A stretch of 64,000 bases of DNA from Mytilus californianus (Eukaryota): assembly GCF_021869535.1 (NCBI RefSeq), contig NW_026262604.1:6696001-6760000 (forward strand), read 5' to 3'. Shown here piece after piece: positions 12,937 through 24,606 of the stretch. The notes below the pieces were generated by a model, which saw only the letters and a program-made list of their open reading frames with translations, was not told the DNA's origin and did not search any database. Positions within the stretch are counted from its first letter, which is position 1, and every line of letters starts with the position of its first letter. A program made the position numbers and the translations under genes.

Positions 12937-13273
12937 TAATTTTCGGTCAACTATTTTCATAACGCATATGATTTTATTTGTGTTTCGTATTTCATGTATT
13001 TATGAGTTCTTAATAAGGATTGATAAAATTGTTTTTGCATATACCGATCTACTTCGCCAATTACCTTAAATCTTCCCCTTAATCTAGCTGTGAATTCTGG
13101 TCAACTAATATAGAATTTGATATGCTTCAAATAGTTTATATTTCTTCCTGTTTCCGATGTCTCTTCTAATGCTCGCGTGTGTTATTAAACTTTCCGCGTA
13201 CATGGAATTGTTTTATATGACAGTGAAAGACCTTAGTAGAACTGGTAAAAACTCAATTAATTAAAAACCTCAC

Positions 13274-13364
13274 CTGACGTTAAAACTGATTGTTTTGTCA
13301 TTGATGAGGAAGTAGTATCCATCAGTTCTGAAGTTAAAAAATGTAAACAGTCACTACATGTTGT
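13274..13364 (-). CDS. Candidate Ser/Thr-rich stalk exon of the FN3-CUB gene
   Basis: cag|...|gtgagg; TTCSDCLHFLTSELMDTTSSSMTKQSVLTS. The best acceptor is phase 0 and does not match the upstream phase-1 donor. Confidence 0.25.
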
Positions 13365-13978
13365 CTGATATAAATATTCTTGCATGTGCATTTTCGCGTA
13401 TTATGGAAACCTCAAGTGCAAATTTTTTGAATGGTTTCTGTAATGAACTACTGACTATACGGTATAGATTTTCTCATAGTTTAAGGCCATACAGTGACCT
13501 ATAGTTAGTAATAACCACATCATTTGGACTTTGATGGACAGTTGTATCATGGGCAATCATACCGCATCACCTTATTTTTATCTGATGTCTAACTTTTCTA
13601 TTGGGTCTTATGCATTTGTTCTTGATCATAATGTCACATGGATTTTTTTATTTGCAGATCTCACACTATCGCTCGCGTTGAACCCTTTTTTCTGAATTTT
13701 ACATGTTCCGACAAGGCTTCGAAATGTTCTTAAAAGTGTGTCCTAGTCTTTCTGACTTGTAAATTGAATCATATTTGTGTAACATTCATCGTTATACAAC
13801 AAATACATACATAGGGGGTTATAAAGAGGGAAAGGAAATACCAAGTGGGAATAAAAAAAAACCATGTCACGTCGAAGATAAACAGAAAACATCATGGTTA
13901 AAAGAATAAAAGACAACTGACAAGGAATACACCATAACCCCTACACAAACAATTTAAGAGAAAACAAGAAAAACGTAC

Positions 13979-14347
13979 CACTGCTACTAATCTTAAGGAA
14001 TAACTTAATCTCGTCGTTGTTGTTTCGAGCTGTCAGAGAAATATCAGCCTCTTTTTCATGAATGATGTAAGTTTTCATAACTTCCTGCTGGTCACAAATT
14101 TCATCATTGTTGGAAATTTCCAGTGTTAAGCCATCACATCTGTTAGTCACGTGGTTACATTGGCCAGTCACATGATCACATCTACTCAAATTTGATTGAG
14201 GAAATTGAACGTCAATAACATGTAAAAGAAAACTGAAATGTGAGGTCACGTGCCATTTGCAGAAAGCATCACGTGGTCGCCATTTCCCATAGAATGGCGT
14301 GATGATAAAAGAGGATGTGTTAGACAGATTTATATTTTCACCACAAC
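13979..14347 (-). CDS. FN3-CUB protein: CUB-like exon 4
   Basis: ttcttcag|...|gtacgt; 369 nt, phase 1/1; GCGENINLSNTSSFIITPFYGKWRPRDAFCKWHVTSH...EIKLFLKISSS, with the CUB-type C-G...C-x-W signature. Confidence 0.8.
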
Positions 14348-14683
14348 CTGAAGAAAAAAAAATATAATTAAAACACCTATGACTTGTATAACTGCTGTTT
14401 TTGTACTTTTTTGTAGAGACAGATCAGATTAGTAGATCACTGTCTTTGGTATTCGAAGACCAATTATCTAATTCCCGGTATGTCATTGACGAAATGAGCA
14501 CGCCTGTTTTGAGATAAAGCAGATGGTTAATCAAAATTGAGAGTAATATACATACATATAACATTCAAAATGGTTCTTGTTTATATGTACTGAATTTGTC
14601 AAATTTTTGTTGATTTTATCAGAGTATTAAAAATTTCAAGGCTCTATAATACATGCAACTATAAAGATAGACCAGCCGTTTAC

Positions 14684-14968
14684 CAGAATATGCAAACATG
14701 TGACCTGTTTCCGAACTGGTACCACCATCTCCATTGCAGCTCATCCAAACTTCAAACCTGGTACCTGGATATTTTGTTGTATCAATTACATAAGAGAACT
14801 GCTGTTTTGATAACAGTATTTTGACTGGTTTCGATGTGTATTCATTCTCATAAAACAAACTGTAGCTTTGTATGAAATCTGTTTTGTATAAAGGTTGTTC
14901 CCAGGTGACCATCATACCGTAAGTGGCTGGTTTTATGGATATATTTCGTGGTTTGTCTGGGGGTGTTC
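14684..14968 (-). CDS. FN3-CUB protein: FN3 exon 4
   Basis: tttaag|...|gtaaac; 285 nt, phase 1/1; TPPDKPRNISIKPATYGMMVTWEQP...YSLFY...PGTRFEVWMSCNGDGGTSSE. Confidence 0.85.
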
Positions 14969-15550
14969 CTTAAATTAAAATTGAAAGCATTATGGACTAA
15001 CGTAGGAGAGGATTCGTCTTTTTTTTTTTAACTATCTGGTTTAAAAAATTTTGATTTAAATATGAGCTATATACACCTTGTAGAACATGAATTGTGAGAA
15101 AATATTTGGCAAAGCTTGTTTTGCTCAGTCCCCACTTCTCTGTTTAGTACGTGTTGTTTGTCTGTGCGCCTTTTTGGCCATGGTATTGATTGTCTGGTTT
15201 TCTACTAGATATGATTGCCTTCTTCGTATCGTCTTATATTTTGAGAATTCTCAAAACAGCCAATTTATATGAAAAAATCTTTCTCTAAAAAATTACCGCA
15301 AACGCTACTGATGTGCGTAAAGAAAAGAATATGAATTAACCAATATCATGATTGATGACGAAAATCGACTATAAGATGGCTGAGACGGTAAAGTAATGTT
15401 CATAAATCATTCTTATCGTGGGATAGGGTTCTTAAAAGTGCAATTTGTTTCTCATTTGATCTTTTATCAGATTATGAATGCCATATCTCTTCTGTTTGTT
15501 TTTTTCATGATTTTTTATGATTTTATGAGTTAAAATAATATTACTATTAC

Positions 15551-15877
15551 CTACAGCAGACACACTTAGTATAAATCCAATTCCACCAATATCGCCATCA
15601 CTAACAAACATTATTTTGACAGTATTACTTCGCTGAACTATTTCTTTATTATATAAACTTCCGCAAAATGTAGAATTTCCCACCTGGAGATAATCTTTTT
15701 TACATCCATCAGAATGTTCTAAACTCAGGGTATCTATGTTAATCTTAAACCAAAGAGAGGCGCCCGTGTTGAAAGACCATGTGCATTGGACATTCGGAAG
15801 ATATGAAGCCTGGCTATGTCCAGGGAATATAATAATCTTCGACTGTCTTGGTAAGATGAATTTAGACACACCACAAG
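15551..15877 (-). CDS. FN3-CUB protein: CUB exon 3 (canonical CUB)
   Basis: gtttcag|...|gtaata; 327 nt, phase 1/1; ACG...FPG...YLPNVQCTWSF...LEHSDGCKKDYLQVG...FCG...FVSDGDIGGIGF. Confidence 0.9.
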
Positions 15878-16456
15878 CTGAAACAATCACAAAAAATATA
15901 TCAAATCTGCACAAGAATGAAAATTACACTTTATAAATTTGCGCTTTTCCGAATTTACTTAGATCATGAACGATCAAACCAGCAAATAGAAAGTCATGAT
16001 TAAACGGAATATAAATCAGAATAGCAAACTCAACTTAATACAGCGTTGCCTGATAGAGTTGGAACCTTAGTTTCCCTTTTTATCAACGAAGAATATACGA
16101 AAAGTGTGCTATAAGTTATGTCAGTACCGAATTCCTCTTCATGAAGCAATAGAACAGCCTTTCATCGAATCACTCATCTTCATTTGCATAGTGTTTTGCT
16201 GACCATCAAATCAAACCTAACTTCACTTAAAGTAAATAAGATATAAGTATAACCTGTTTGACTGAAAGATAATTTCTTTATTTATAATAACTAACTAATT
16301 TAGATGTATAATTGTATCTATTATGTAAATTAGTTTTAATTTAATGGCATTATAAAGTTTTTAAATTGTTATTTCAACTTTTTCAATATATTAATATTTT
16401 TATAACAGGTTTTTTATTAGTTGTCAGAAAAATATCATTTGCTGTTGTCTATCCAT

Positions 16457-17045
16457 AAAAGAGGGACGAAAGATACCAGAGGGACAGTCAAACTCACAGA
16501 TCGAAAACAAACCTTGGCCAAAAATAAAAAGACAAACAGACAAATAATACTACAGATGACACAACATAGAAAACTAAAGACTAAGCAACACGAACCCCAC
16601 CAAAAACTGGGGGTGATCTCAGGTGCTCCGGAAGGGTAAGCAGATCCTGCTCCACATGTGGCACCCATCGTGTTGCTTATGTTATTACAAATCCGGTAAA
16701 TAGTCTAATTCGGAAGGTCACATTCGTGAAAAGGGAAGGGTATTGTAGTTACGACATAAGGAACATATCCGATATCATCTGTGAAACGGTTATTCCATAA
16801 TGGTCAACCAACTCGTGATGGCGTCCGTAAAACTTACGAAGGGATGATTTCAACTTCACCATTTGGAACTCTTGGTTTAATAGCTTCCTTGTGAGTAGCA
16901 AACCTCTATCAATGAAATCATGATAGGAAATACAAGCCCTGGAATATCGTATCAATTGGGATATATATACTCGTATGCAGGCGCTGCTGGAATGTTGCTA
17001 TATAGAAATGGAAAGTTCACAATTGGGAAGCTGAAATCATCTCTT
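16457..17045 (-). mobile_element. Penelope-like retroelement 3' remnant (RT C-terminal region plus tail)
   Basis: IRYSRACISYHDFIDRGLLLTRKLLNQEFQMVKLKSSLRKFYGRHH, preceded by DDFSFPIVNFPFLYSNIPAAPAY. The tail is also seen at 27555-27815, 31640-31885 and 48635-48890. Confidence 0.75.
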
Positions 17046-17238
17046 TTGTCGTTTTGTCTTTTGGTTCTCATTGGAATTCCGACAGTCTGTTGAAAAACAC
17101 GTCCTCCAAACGTAACAAACATAAGCTATTTGGTCGAAATTTTTTACCTAAATTTACGTATTATTCAAAGGTCAAGACGACAACAAAATTAGATTTTTGA
17201 GAATTAAGATGCAATGGGCTACGTAATATTCATTTCGC

Positions 17239-17557
17239 AATAGACTATTTTCATATTACCGACTTTTGACTCCGGATTATATAATTTGTCGACTGGTTAC
17301 CTTGGACATCATGGTACGCGGTCAAGTAAGAGCAACCAAAATAAGTAAAATCAAACATATAATCGGTGTAATTTGAGGGGAAAGTTTACTGTTTTCCGAC
17401 GATTTTGTAGTGAAAAAAAAAAAGTTGTACCGATTGAACGCTTGGTTTAACTTCTTTAGCTTGCTCTTACCTGACTTGGTACCATGATGTCCAAGGTAAC
17501 CAGTCGACAAATTATATAATCCGGAGTCAAAAGTCGGTAATATGAAAATAGTCTATT
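17239..17557. mobile_element. MITE with 79-bp perfect terminal inverted repeats
   Basis: aatagactattttcatattaccgac...catcatggtac is exactly mirrored at the right end; an inverted second copy lies at 23836-24606. Confidence 0.85.
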
Positions 17558-17839
17558 ACACATTAACATTGTACCGAAAATTTTGAATCCAAACTTGTAA
17601 AGGATCTTACTTTGCTAAAAAATATTAGAATCAAAAGAGAAAGAATAAGGAAACCGATCACAATAAATGTACATAAATGTTATAACTGATATCGATAGCA
17701 CCTTTAACCATAACTGCCATAAAGTTTTTTTTTTTCAAAACGCAAAGTCTCTCGGTGCGTCAACTGATTATTAGCTAATTTATATGTCGATACTGCTCCA
17801 GCGCATATTATAATGGTCCGTATGTATAAGTGAACTAAC

Positions 17840-18124
17840 CTGCGCGAATAAAAACTGCCATTGAAAAGTGACCAACTCCGCCGTTCGTTTCTGATGCTAT
17901 CTTGAAGGCAAACATCTGACCTTGACTTTCAGCTGTAGCTATGTTAAGATAAGTTTTGTTGGGGCTTATTTTCATCATATGATCGGCCGAATAGCTACCT
18001 ATCTGGTATTTAACTATGTAGTGTTGAATAATCCCCGGGCGGTCAATTGGACGCTTCCATGATAAACTAATTGAAGAACTTCTTGTTATTACATCTATAC
18101 CGTGTGGTGGATTCGTTGGTTTAT
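17840..18124 (-). CDS. FN3-CUB protein: FN3 exon 3 (not in ORF track)
   Basis: tttctcag|...|gttagt; 285 nt, open, phase 1/1; DKPTNPPHGIDVITRSSSISLSWKRPIDRPGIIQHYIVKYQIG...GQMFAFKIASETNGGVGHFSMAVFIRA. Confidence 0.85.
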
Positions 18125-18539
18125 CTGAGAAAAATAAATATACATAAGAATATGACCAAATATCGAAACTCCTGAAAAAATGTTAGTTTTACCAGAAGTC
18201 GGATGAAGTATAGTTCGACATTTTGATATTATCTAATGTTTGTTTTCCAGCTCAATGTGCATCTACTTTGTGAGTACAGACAAATCAAAGATGCAGGGCA
18301 TATGAATTTTGACATAAGATATGGAAATATTGGAACTTCCGAAGGTTTAAATCAAACACGAAATTGTGCCAAATACGACTAAGGCCATGCATGCCTGTGA
18401 GTAGATAAACTTGAGTGTTTCAAATAATTCAAAATTTACGTCAGATGAATATAGGAATGAAATATTTAATCTCAACACAAAGTGCTGACCGCTTGGCTGG
18501 TGCAAACTTTATTTACAAATTGTTTTAACCTTTACCTAC

Positions 18540-18839
18540 CAACAGTTGATACCATAAAGCTAATTCCACTGCCATCAATTGCTGTGCCAGATTTATGATC
18601 AATTTTTAGCTTTGCTGTCTCTTCTATCCACGAAAAGTATCTAGATTGTTTGCATGTCACATTCCGGTTAGCTGTTATCAGGGTACTATCTGTGCAATCA
18701 TTATGATTTGTTGTTATTTTTAGCCAGTGAACGTTAGATTCCACTTCTACATTCCATTGACAAAACGTGTCTTGATCATTGTGTTTAGACTCCAAAACAA
18801 AACTTTCTTGTGGTTTCAAAGTAACGTTGTTTACGCATG
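18540..18839 (-). CDS. FN3-CUB protein: CUB-like exon 2
   Basis: ttttcacag|...|gtaggt; 300 nt, phase 1/1; ACVNNVTL...DTFCQWNVEV...DCTDS...CKQS...GSGISFMVSTV. Confidence 0.8.
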
Positions 18840-19639
18840 CTGTGAAAACAAAAGATATGAGTACAACACGTTCTATTTCAAAACCGCCATCATGTCCGCT
18901 TGTATATAACAAAGGTTTGAGGAAAAACAAAACCAAACGTCCAAACAGTGTAATTTAACATTGCCTAAAGTAATAGAATAACAGGAGGCAGAAAATACCA
19001 AAAGGGCGACCAAACTCGAAAGTCAAAGATAGACCGATAAAACCGTTACAAAAGACGAGAAGACAAGCAATAGTTTATAAAACACTACATAGAAAATTAT
19101 AGAATCAGCAAAACGAACCTTACTGGGAGATCTCCGGTGTCCCGGAATGTCAGCAGATCTTGCTGTACGTGATATAATTTTAGTATAGCACAATTACATA
19201 ATTTTATTAGTGTTGAATGAAAATGACTGAACTTAAATCCAATTTTAAGCTTCAGTTGGCATTTAATTAATTTGACATAAAAAATAGGGTTTTACTATTC
19301 ATTATGACAGATGAGGAATAACGAAAGAAATAAGAAATAGAATTACAAATTACAAACAATATTTACTAAACATTGCATAACATTCAAAGAAAACACGCCA
19401 AGTATTTCAATATGTATGACAAAATAGTGCAGAAGAAACCAAAAGGGCAAATAAAGAAAAATAAGTCGTGGAAACAGATGACGAACAGAAATAAGACAAA
19501 GAATCAAGTAGCAATCAACAAAATCCTACACAAAACAACTGAAATTTTAGCAACTCAAACTCAACCAAAAACCGGGAGTGTTGGCAGTTAATACTCCACT
19601 AGGTAATGCTTGTATTGTAAATCAACAAATTGTCACAAG

Positions 19640-19905
19640 CGATTTATTTTCCCGACTTTCGCGAGTTAAAAATAACGCGATAATAAATAGTCGCGAATAT
19701 ATAGAACTTGGGTCTTCTCTCATATAATTACATCAAGAAAATGAGTAAACCGCGAAAATAAATCGTCGCGAATATGTAGCACTTGGGTCTTCTCTCATAT
19801 AATTACAACAAGAAAATAAGTAAACCGCGAAAATGAATCACCGAGAAGTCGGCTGAAAATTGCTAAACGCGAAATAAAGTATCCTCGAAAATAAGTTGGT
19901 TTACA
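19640..19905. repeat. MITE remnant with ~76-bp internal tandem duplication
   Basis: cgcgaatat.tag.acttgggtcttctctcatataattaca occurs twice; ends ...ggtttacagta. Confidence 0.5.
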
Positions 19906-20183
19906 GTATATAGCAAGAGATGATCAACACATCGAGACAATTGGCCTCACTTGGACGTTATGCCTTTTTCTTTTTTTGTCACTCCCGTCTTAGTCTATCT
20001 ACATATAGACCTTTTTATAGTTATAAACAACACGACGGATAGCACGAAAGTAATAAGAACTGCTTTCCATTTCAAGCCCTGAGTTTAACCGTTCCCGATT
20101 CTTTGTTCAGGTCTTTTGGTAAATGTTTTGATTTATGTGTAGTATTTTCTGATATTTCGTCTCTAACTATCTATTTTTCTTAC

Positions 20184-20471
20184 CAGATCGAGCATCAATT
20201 ATCTCTGTGTGTGTACTTTCACCATACTGCGATCTCAAAAACAATGTAATTCCATATTTCTGGCCCCTGTTTTTCGATGTATCTATCACGTGAACAGTTG
20301 TATTAGATTCAAGGATCACTTCCGTCCACGTGCCATTGAACGGATAAGTGAAATATGACATAACTACTGTGAAATCAAAGAAATCTGTAGACTGTAGATC
20401 CCATGAAATGTGAAAAACTTTGTTTGATGTTAGAATGGATATGTTTTGCGGAGGATGAAGAGCTGGCACAA
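20184..20471 (-). CDS. FN3-CUB protein: FN3 exon 2
   Basis: tttatttcag|...|gtaaga; 288 nt, phase 1/1; VPALHPPQNISILTSNKVFHISWDL...RGQKYGITLFLRSQYGESTHTEIIDARS. Confidence 0.85.
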
Positions 20472-21526
20472 CTGAAATAAAAGGATTTATATTGAAATTT
20501 TTCTTTCAAACTGAATATACAGGACAATACCGTCACTAGATAGAAACAAGTGTGAATAAATTTCAAATAACATTGAATAGAAAATAAGGTAAACATACGT
20601 CACAGAATGTTTTTATTAAGGAAAAGAAACCACGGAATAAGTGTAAAATATATATGCACTTCTCTCCAAATAACGGTAACTTTATTATTCTATTTGGTTA
20701 ACTTGCAAATTTTATGATTGAATGGATGTTGCTCGCTATGATTCTATAATTACAGGATCATCTTCATGCAAAAAAAAAAAAACAAGACAAAAATGCAGAG
20801 TGGATGCTTTATTTTGTCTGACCTTTATTTATCCCACATGATCATATTGCTCGATTTTAAGAGATAACACATTTGATGAATATAGAAAAAAAAAACATAA
20901 AAATCTAGGCGACCATGACAATAAAAACATAAGTTAACCAAGAAGCACATCTAAAGGTCACCTTAACGTTCTTCAATGATGGAAAATAATCGTAAGTATG
21001 TTCGCTCCTCTGTTTCAAAATAACAAGCATTTCAAAAGACTGTTATAAATTGATAGAATATATATAACGGAACTTAAAAAGTAGAAAAAAATAAAAGGTT
21101 CGTGTCCTAGTTTTTGAGATATCATTAATTGAAAATTTGGCTGGAAATGATTCTCTCTAGATTTTTCATACATATAATATTGGCGCCTTTTTTCTTTCAA
21201 AAGCTTTGAAAAAATAATAATGGTTTTATAAGATTTTCAAATGTGGCTTTTTAAACTATTTGTAATAAAACAATGAAAAGAAAAGTAGGGGTTAGTGGCC
21301 AAAATCTTTAATGACACTAAATGGATAAAACCAGAGGATTCCGAATATCTGACAAAAATTCAAAAACAAGAGAAGCGAACATCCTTTATTGAATAGTATT
21401 ATATTCACACACAATGTTTGAGAATTTTGACCCATGTTCAGATATCCTATTTAGTTATTTACCGTTTTACTTGTAAGATGGTGGATCTAAAAAAAGGAAG
21501 CCAAGTTCATTGAGTGAGTTCCTTAC

Positions 21527-21823
21527 CTTCTACAGAAATGTTATAACTTTTCATTTCTTGTCGGTTTTGATGAAGTATCTGCATTGAGCTGTTGTAAACT
21601 GTCAAATATTCATTCCAACAAATATTTCTACGATTTACAGTAAGAACACTACTACATACAGAGGTTAGATTGTGTGTTACCGCTAAAATTTTGTACCAGA
21701 CATCTGAATGGCTGCTAACGTGCCATATACATACAACTCGAGGTAAAATATCTTCCGAGTTACCTGGTGAATTAAATGATATCACGTCCCCTACTGTGGT
21801 GTTTCCATAGGATTGACTGCACA
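21527..21823 (-). CDS. FN3-CUB protein: CUB-like exon 1
   Basis: attatttcag|...|gtaagg; 297 nt, phase 1/1; CSQSYG...ISFNSPGNSEDILPRVVCIWHVSS...VCSS...ICW...YNISVE. Confidence 0.8.
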
Positions 21824-22672
21824 CTGAAATAATAAAATAGCTACATAATTGCAAAAAAAAAGCACCTTGATTACTTCCAAACTATGCCTTTCTTTTCCAA
21901 TTTCGGTATTTGTTTTCTGTTTATTGACTACAATTCTTAATTAGGATAATCGATCACATGACGAGGAGAAGGCTACTAAGTATCCAAATGAATGTGGTAA
22001 AATTTGGCAATACTTGTTGTAACTTTTCACAATAGAAAACCCTGCAATTGCTAAGAGAGTAGTTATGACGTATGTAAACTTTCATAAAACATTTCTACTA
22101 AACTAATACAATGTATAAGTTTGTTGAATTTTCTATTTTGTCAATTGAAAATTTAAAAATACTAGTATATCAGTAACGTTTATCTTTTTTCAGACGTCAC
22201 CGACTGTCCTAGACACACTAGAAATGCTATAGCCCATAGTAACACCAACGCTTTTTAATGGGCTACCAGACTATCAAAGACAATTGCACTTGAATTTTTT
22301 CAGATAAGCATCGTACCTTTATATCAACATTTAATTGATGACAACCTCATTCAGGAATCAGGTAAAACAATTCCAGTTTAAATATTTTTATGATATATAT
22401 CAAAATGCTAATACTAAGTTACATTTCAAGGAAATGAAATTAAAAAAAAATGTAATTCTAGTAAATTTAATTTAATATTATTTTTTTTTCATTTCCCATT
22501 AAACCTGACATGTTTATAGAAAGTTACCCTATTCGAGGGTCATAAAATTTACTGGAAATCGCGCTTCCAAACTCCAAAACGGTGGCGAAGTCTTTTTCCT
22601 ACAATCACACTTTTTCGGAGTTTGTCGCGTTACCACAGTCAGAAACGAGTGATAAAGTCTTGTCTTACTCAC

Positions 22673-22933
22673 TTGTCCTTAGAAAACTCAGCCCAATCAC
22701 ATTTTCTCGTCCGTTGCGTGTTCGTTCAACTAATGATAACTTGTACATCGATCCAGGGTGTTCCGAAGTGATTGTTGTTTTCGTGTCTCCTTTGTCCACA
22801 TCGATGACACGATGTAAATGTGTACCCATGATATCAAAAACAAGATAAAATGTCGAGTTTGGTCGGTTTTGGCTTGGCCAGGAAACGGAAATGAATCCCG
22901 GATGTAGTTGTGTAATAAGCGGAAATATGGACT
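22673..22933 (-). CDS. FN3-CUB protein: FN3-like exon 1 (not in ORF track)
   Basis: tttttgttctgcag|...|gtgagt; 261 nt, open, phase 1/1; SIFPLITQLHPGFISVSWPSQNRPNSTFYLVF...HPGSMYKLSLVERTRNGRENVIGLSFLRT. Confidence 0.75.
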
Positions 22934-23371
22934 CTGCAGAACAAAAATATGATGAGAACTGGAACTTGTATTGTAAGCTGGGTCATTGTTTTAAGAGAGC
23001 ATAAAAGGAAATCAAGCTAAAGATGACTTTTGAGTTATTTCCTTACTAGGTTAACACAAATAGAACAACTCTGGTTTACAATTTGTATTTTATAGATGCA
23101 GTTTTACAGTCAGTTATACATGAGTGGTCCTTAACCTGCCATAAAAAAGGAATAATAAAAAACACAGGAAAAAGTAAAGAAAAAGGATCAAACTGAACTT
23201 GTTGATATATCTTTAAAAAGTCATGTTTAGAGATTATCAAATAACACCCAATAGTGTCGTTTAACGGAATTTACCTTGGTTAAAAACTATAACTCTATAG
23301 CTCAGTTATGTGTTTGCAATAATCAATTCCATCAGTGGTTTGCAAGTATTCATTTGAAACCGAACAATATA

Positions 23372-23554
23372 TTAAATGTCACTAAAGATTAGAATATACT
23401 TTGATAAATGTATAATATGAACATACAAGTGATCTAGTTGTAACTTCTGAGCATTGAGTTTATCTTTACAACATTTTAACAATGTCAAGATGAATAACAG
23501 CAATAATAGCGCTATATTTCCTAGTAATCTATCCTTTAGTACTTCAAAATCCAT
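23372..23554 (-). CDS. Candidate signal-peptide exon/ORF upstream of the FN3-CUB exons
   Basis: MDFEVLKDRLLGNIALLLLLFILTLLKCC; the paralog at ~48150-48246 is similar. No clean in-frame splice to exon 22933 was found. Confidence 0.3.
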   Translation of the reverse strand: MDFEVLKDRLLGNIALLLLLFILTLLKCCKDKLNAQKLQLDHLYVHIIHLSKYILIFSDI

Positions 23555-23835
23555 TCACTCCGGTATAAATCTTTTGACATTTGACTTTCTTCATTTTCTG
23601 ACCTTTTAAAAGAGTGACAGCTGTCGTCCACCAGCTACATTGGAAAGCTGTCATGTCTTTACTACAAAAATTTTCATTTTATATACATAATAGACCATAT
23701 GACGAGGATGAAAGCAACTATATAAGTTACTGTGTGAGCATAACCCATACCGTGTAGTAAGACTTAAAAGGCCCCGACATGACAAAATGTAAAATAATTT
23801 AAACAAGAAAAACAATGACCGGATATACTTTTGAC

Positions 23836-24606
23836 AATAGACTATTTTCATATTACCGACTTTTGACTCCGGATTATATAATTTGTCGACTGGTTACCTT
23901 GGACATCATGGTACCAAGTCAGGTAAGAGCAAGCTAAAGAAGTAAAACCAAGCCTTCAATCGGTAAATTTTGGGGGAAAATTACCTGGTTAATATTTTTT
24001 TTTCACTACAAAATCATCGGAAAACAGTAAACTTTCCCCTCAAATTACACCGATTATATGTTTGATTTTACTTATTTTGGTTGCTCTTACTTGACCGAGT
24101 ACCATGATGTCCAAGGTAACCAGTCGACAAATTATATAATCCGGAGTCAAAAGTCGGTAATATGATTGATTGATTGTTGGTTGCTTTACGTCCAGTGGCA
24201 AATATTTCATGCATATTCAGGACGAGAACAAATTAACAATAAATATAAAAGGTAGGTTCTGTAATAGGGGCGTCCGGGATTAAGGTCGGAGAAATTTAGA
24301 CTGCCACGGGAAAGTAAATTGGATAGGGACAGAAATTTAGCCTTGCAACAGGTCCCTGCGGACCCCTCAAAGAGTTGTTGCAAGGGTTCTTAACGTGCAA
24401 AGAGCATGGCACTCTCTTTACACAAGGCATCGGATTTAACGTCCCCATTCTGACCGGACGTGGCTGCAAATTTGTACATCCCGCACAGCCAAACGGACGC
24501 CCCACTTTAGCAAGGGTTTTACTGCCGGTCGGAGGAAGACCAATGACGACCATACTTCTATTCCCCAGTCACCCTTGGGGAATCGGTAATATGAAGATAG
24601 TCTATT
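23836..24606. mobile_element. Second 79-bp-TIR MITE copy, interrupted by a SINE
   Basis: Inverted relative to 17239-17557; the right TIR is split at 24166-24582. Confidence 0.8.
24166..24582 (-). mobile_element. SINE-like retroposon with (CAAT)n tail
   Basis: 12-bp TSD tcggtaatatga at 24154-24165 and 24583-24594; GC-richer body; minus-strand 3' tail aatcaatcaa. Confidence 0.8.

Noticed and set aside
22194-22362. Plus-strand exon-like segment with good AG/GT sites (echo at ~46640-46835)
   Set aside because: Stops in all three frames; at most a non-coding antisense exon, with no evidence for it.
22582-22848. Plus-strand ORFs 22582-22848, 15736-15936, 18727-18909 and 47055-47300
   Set aside because: Antisense shadows of the real minus-strand FN3/CUB exons or their pseudo-copy.
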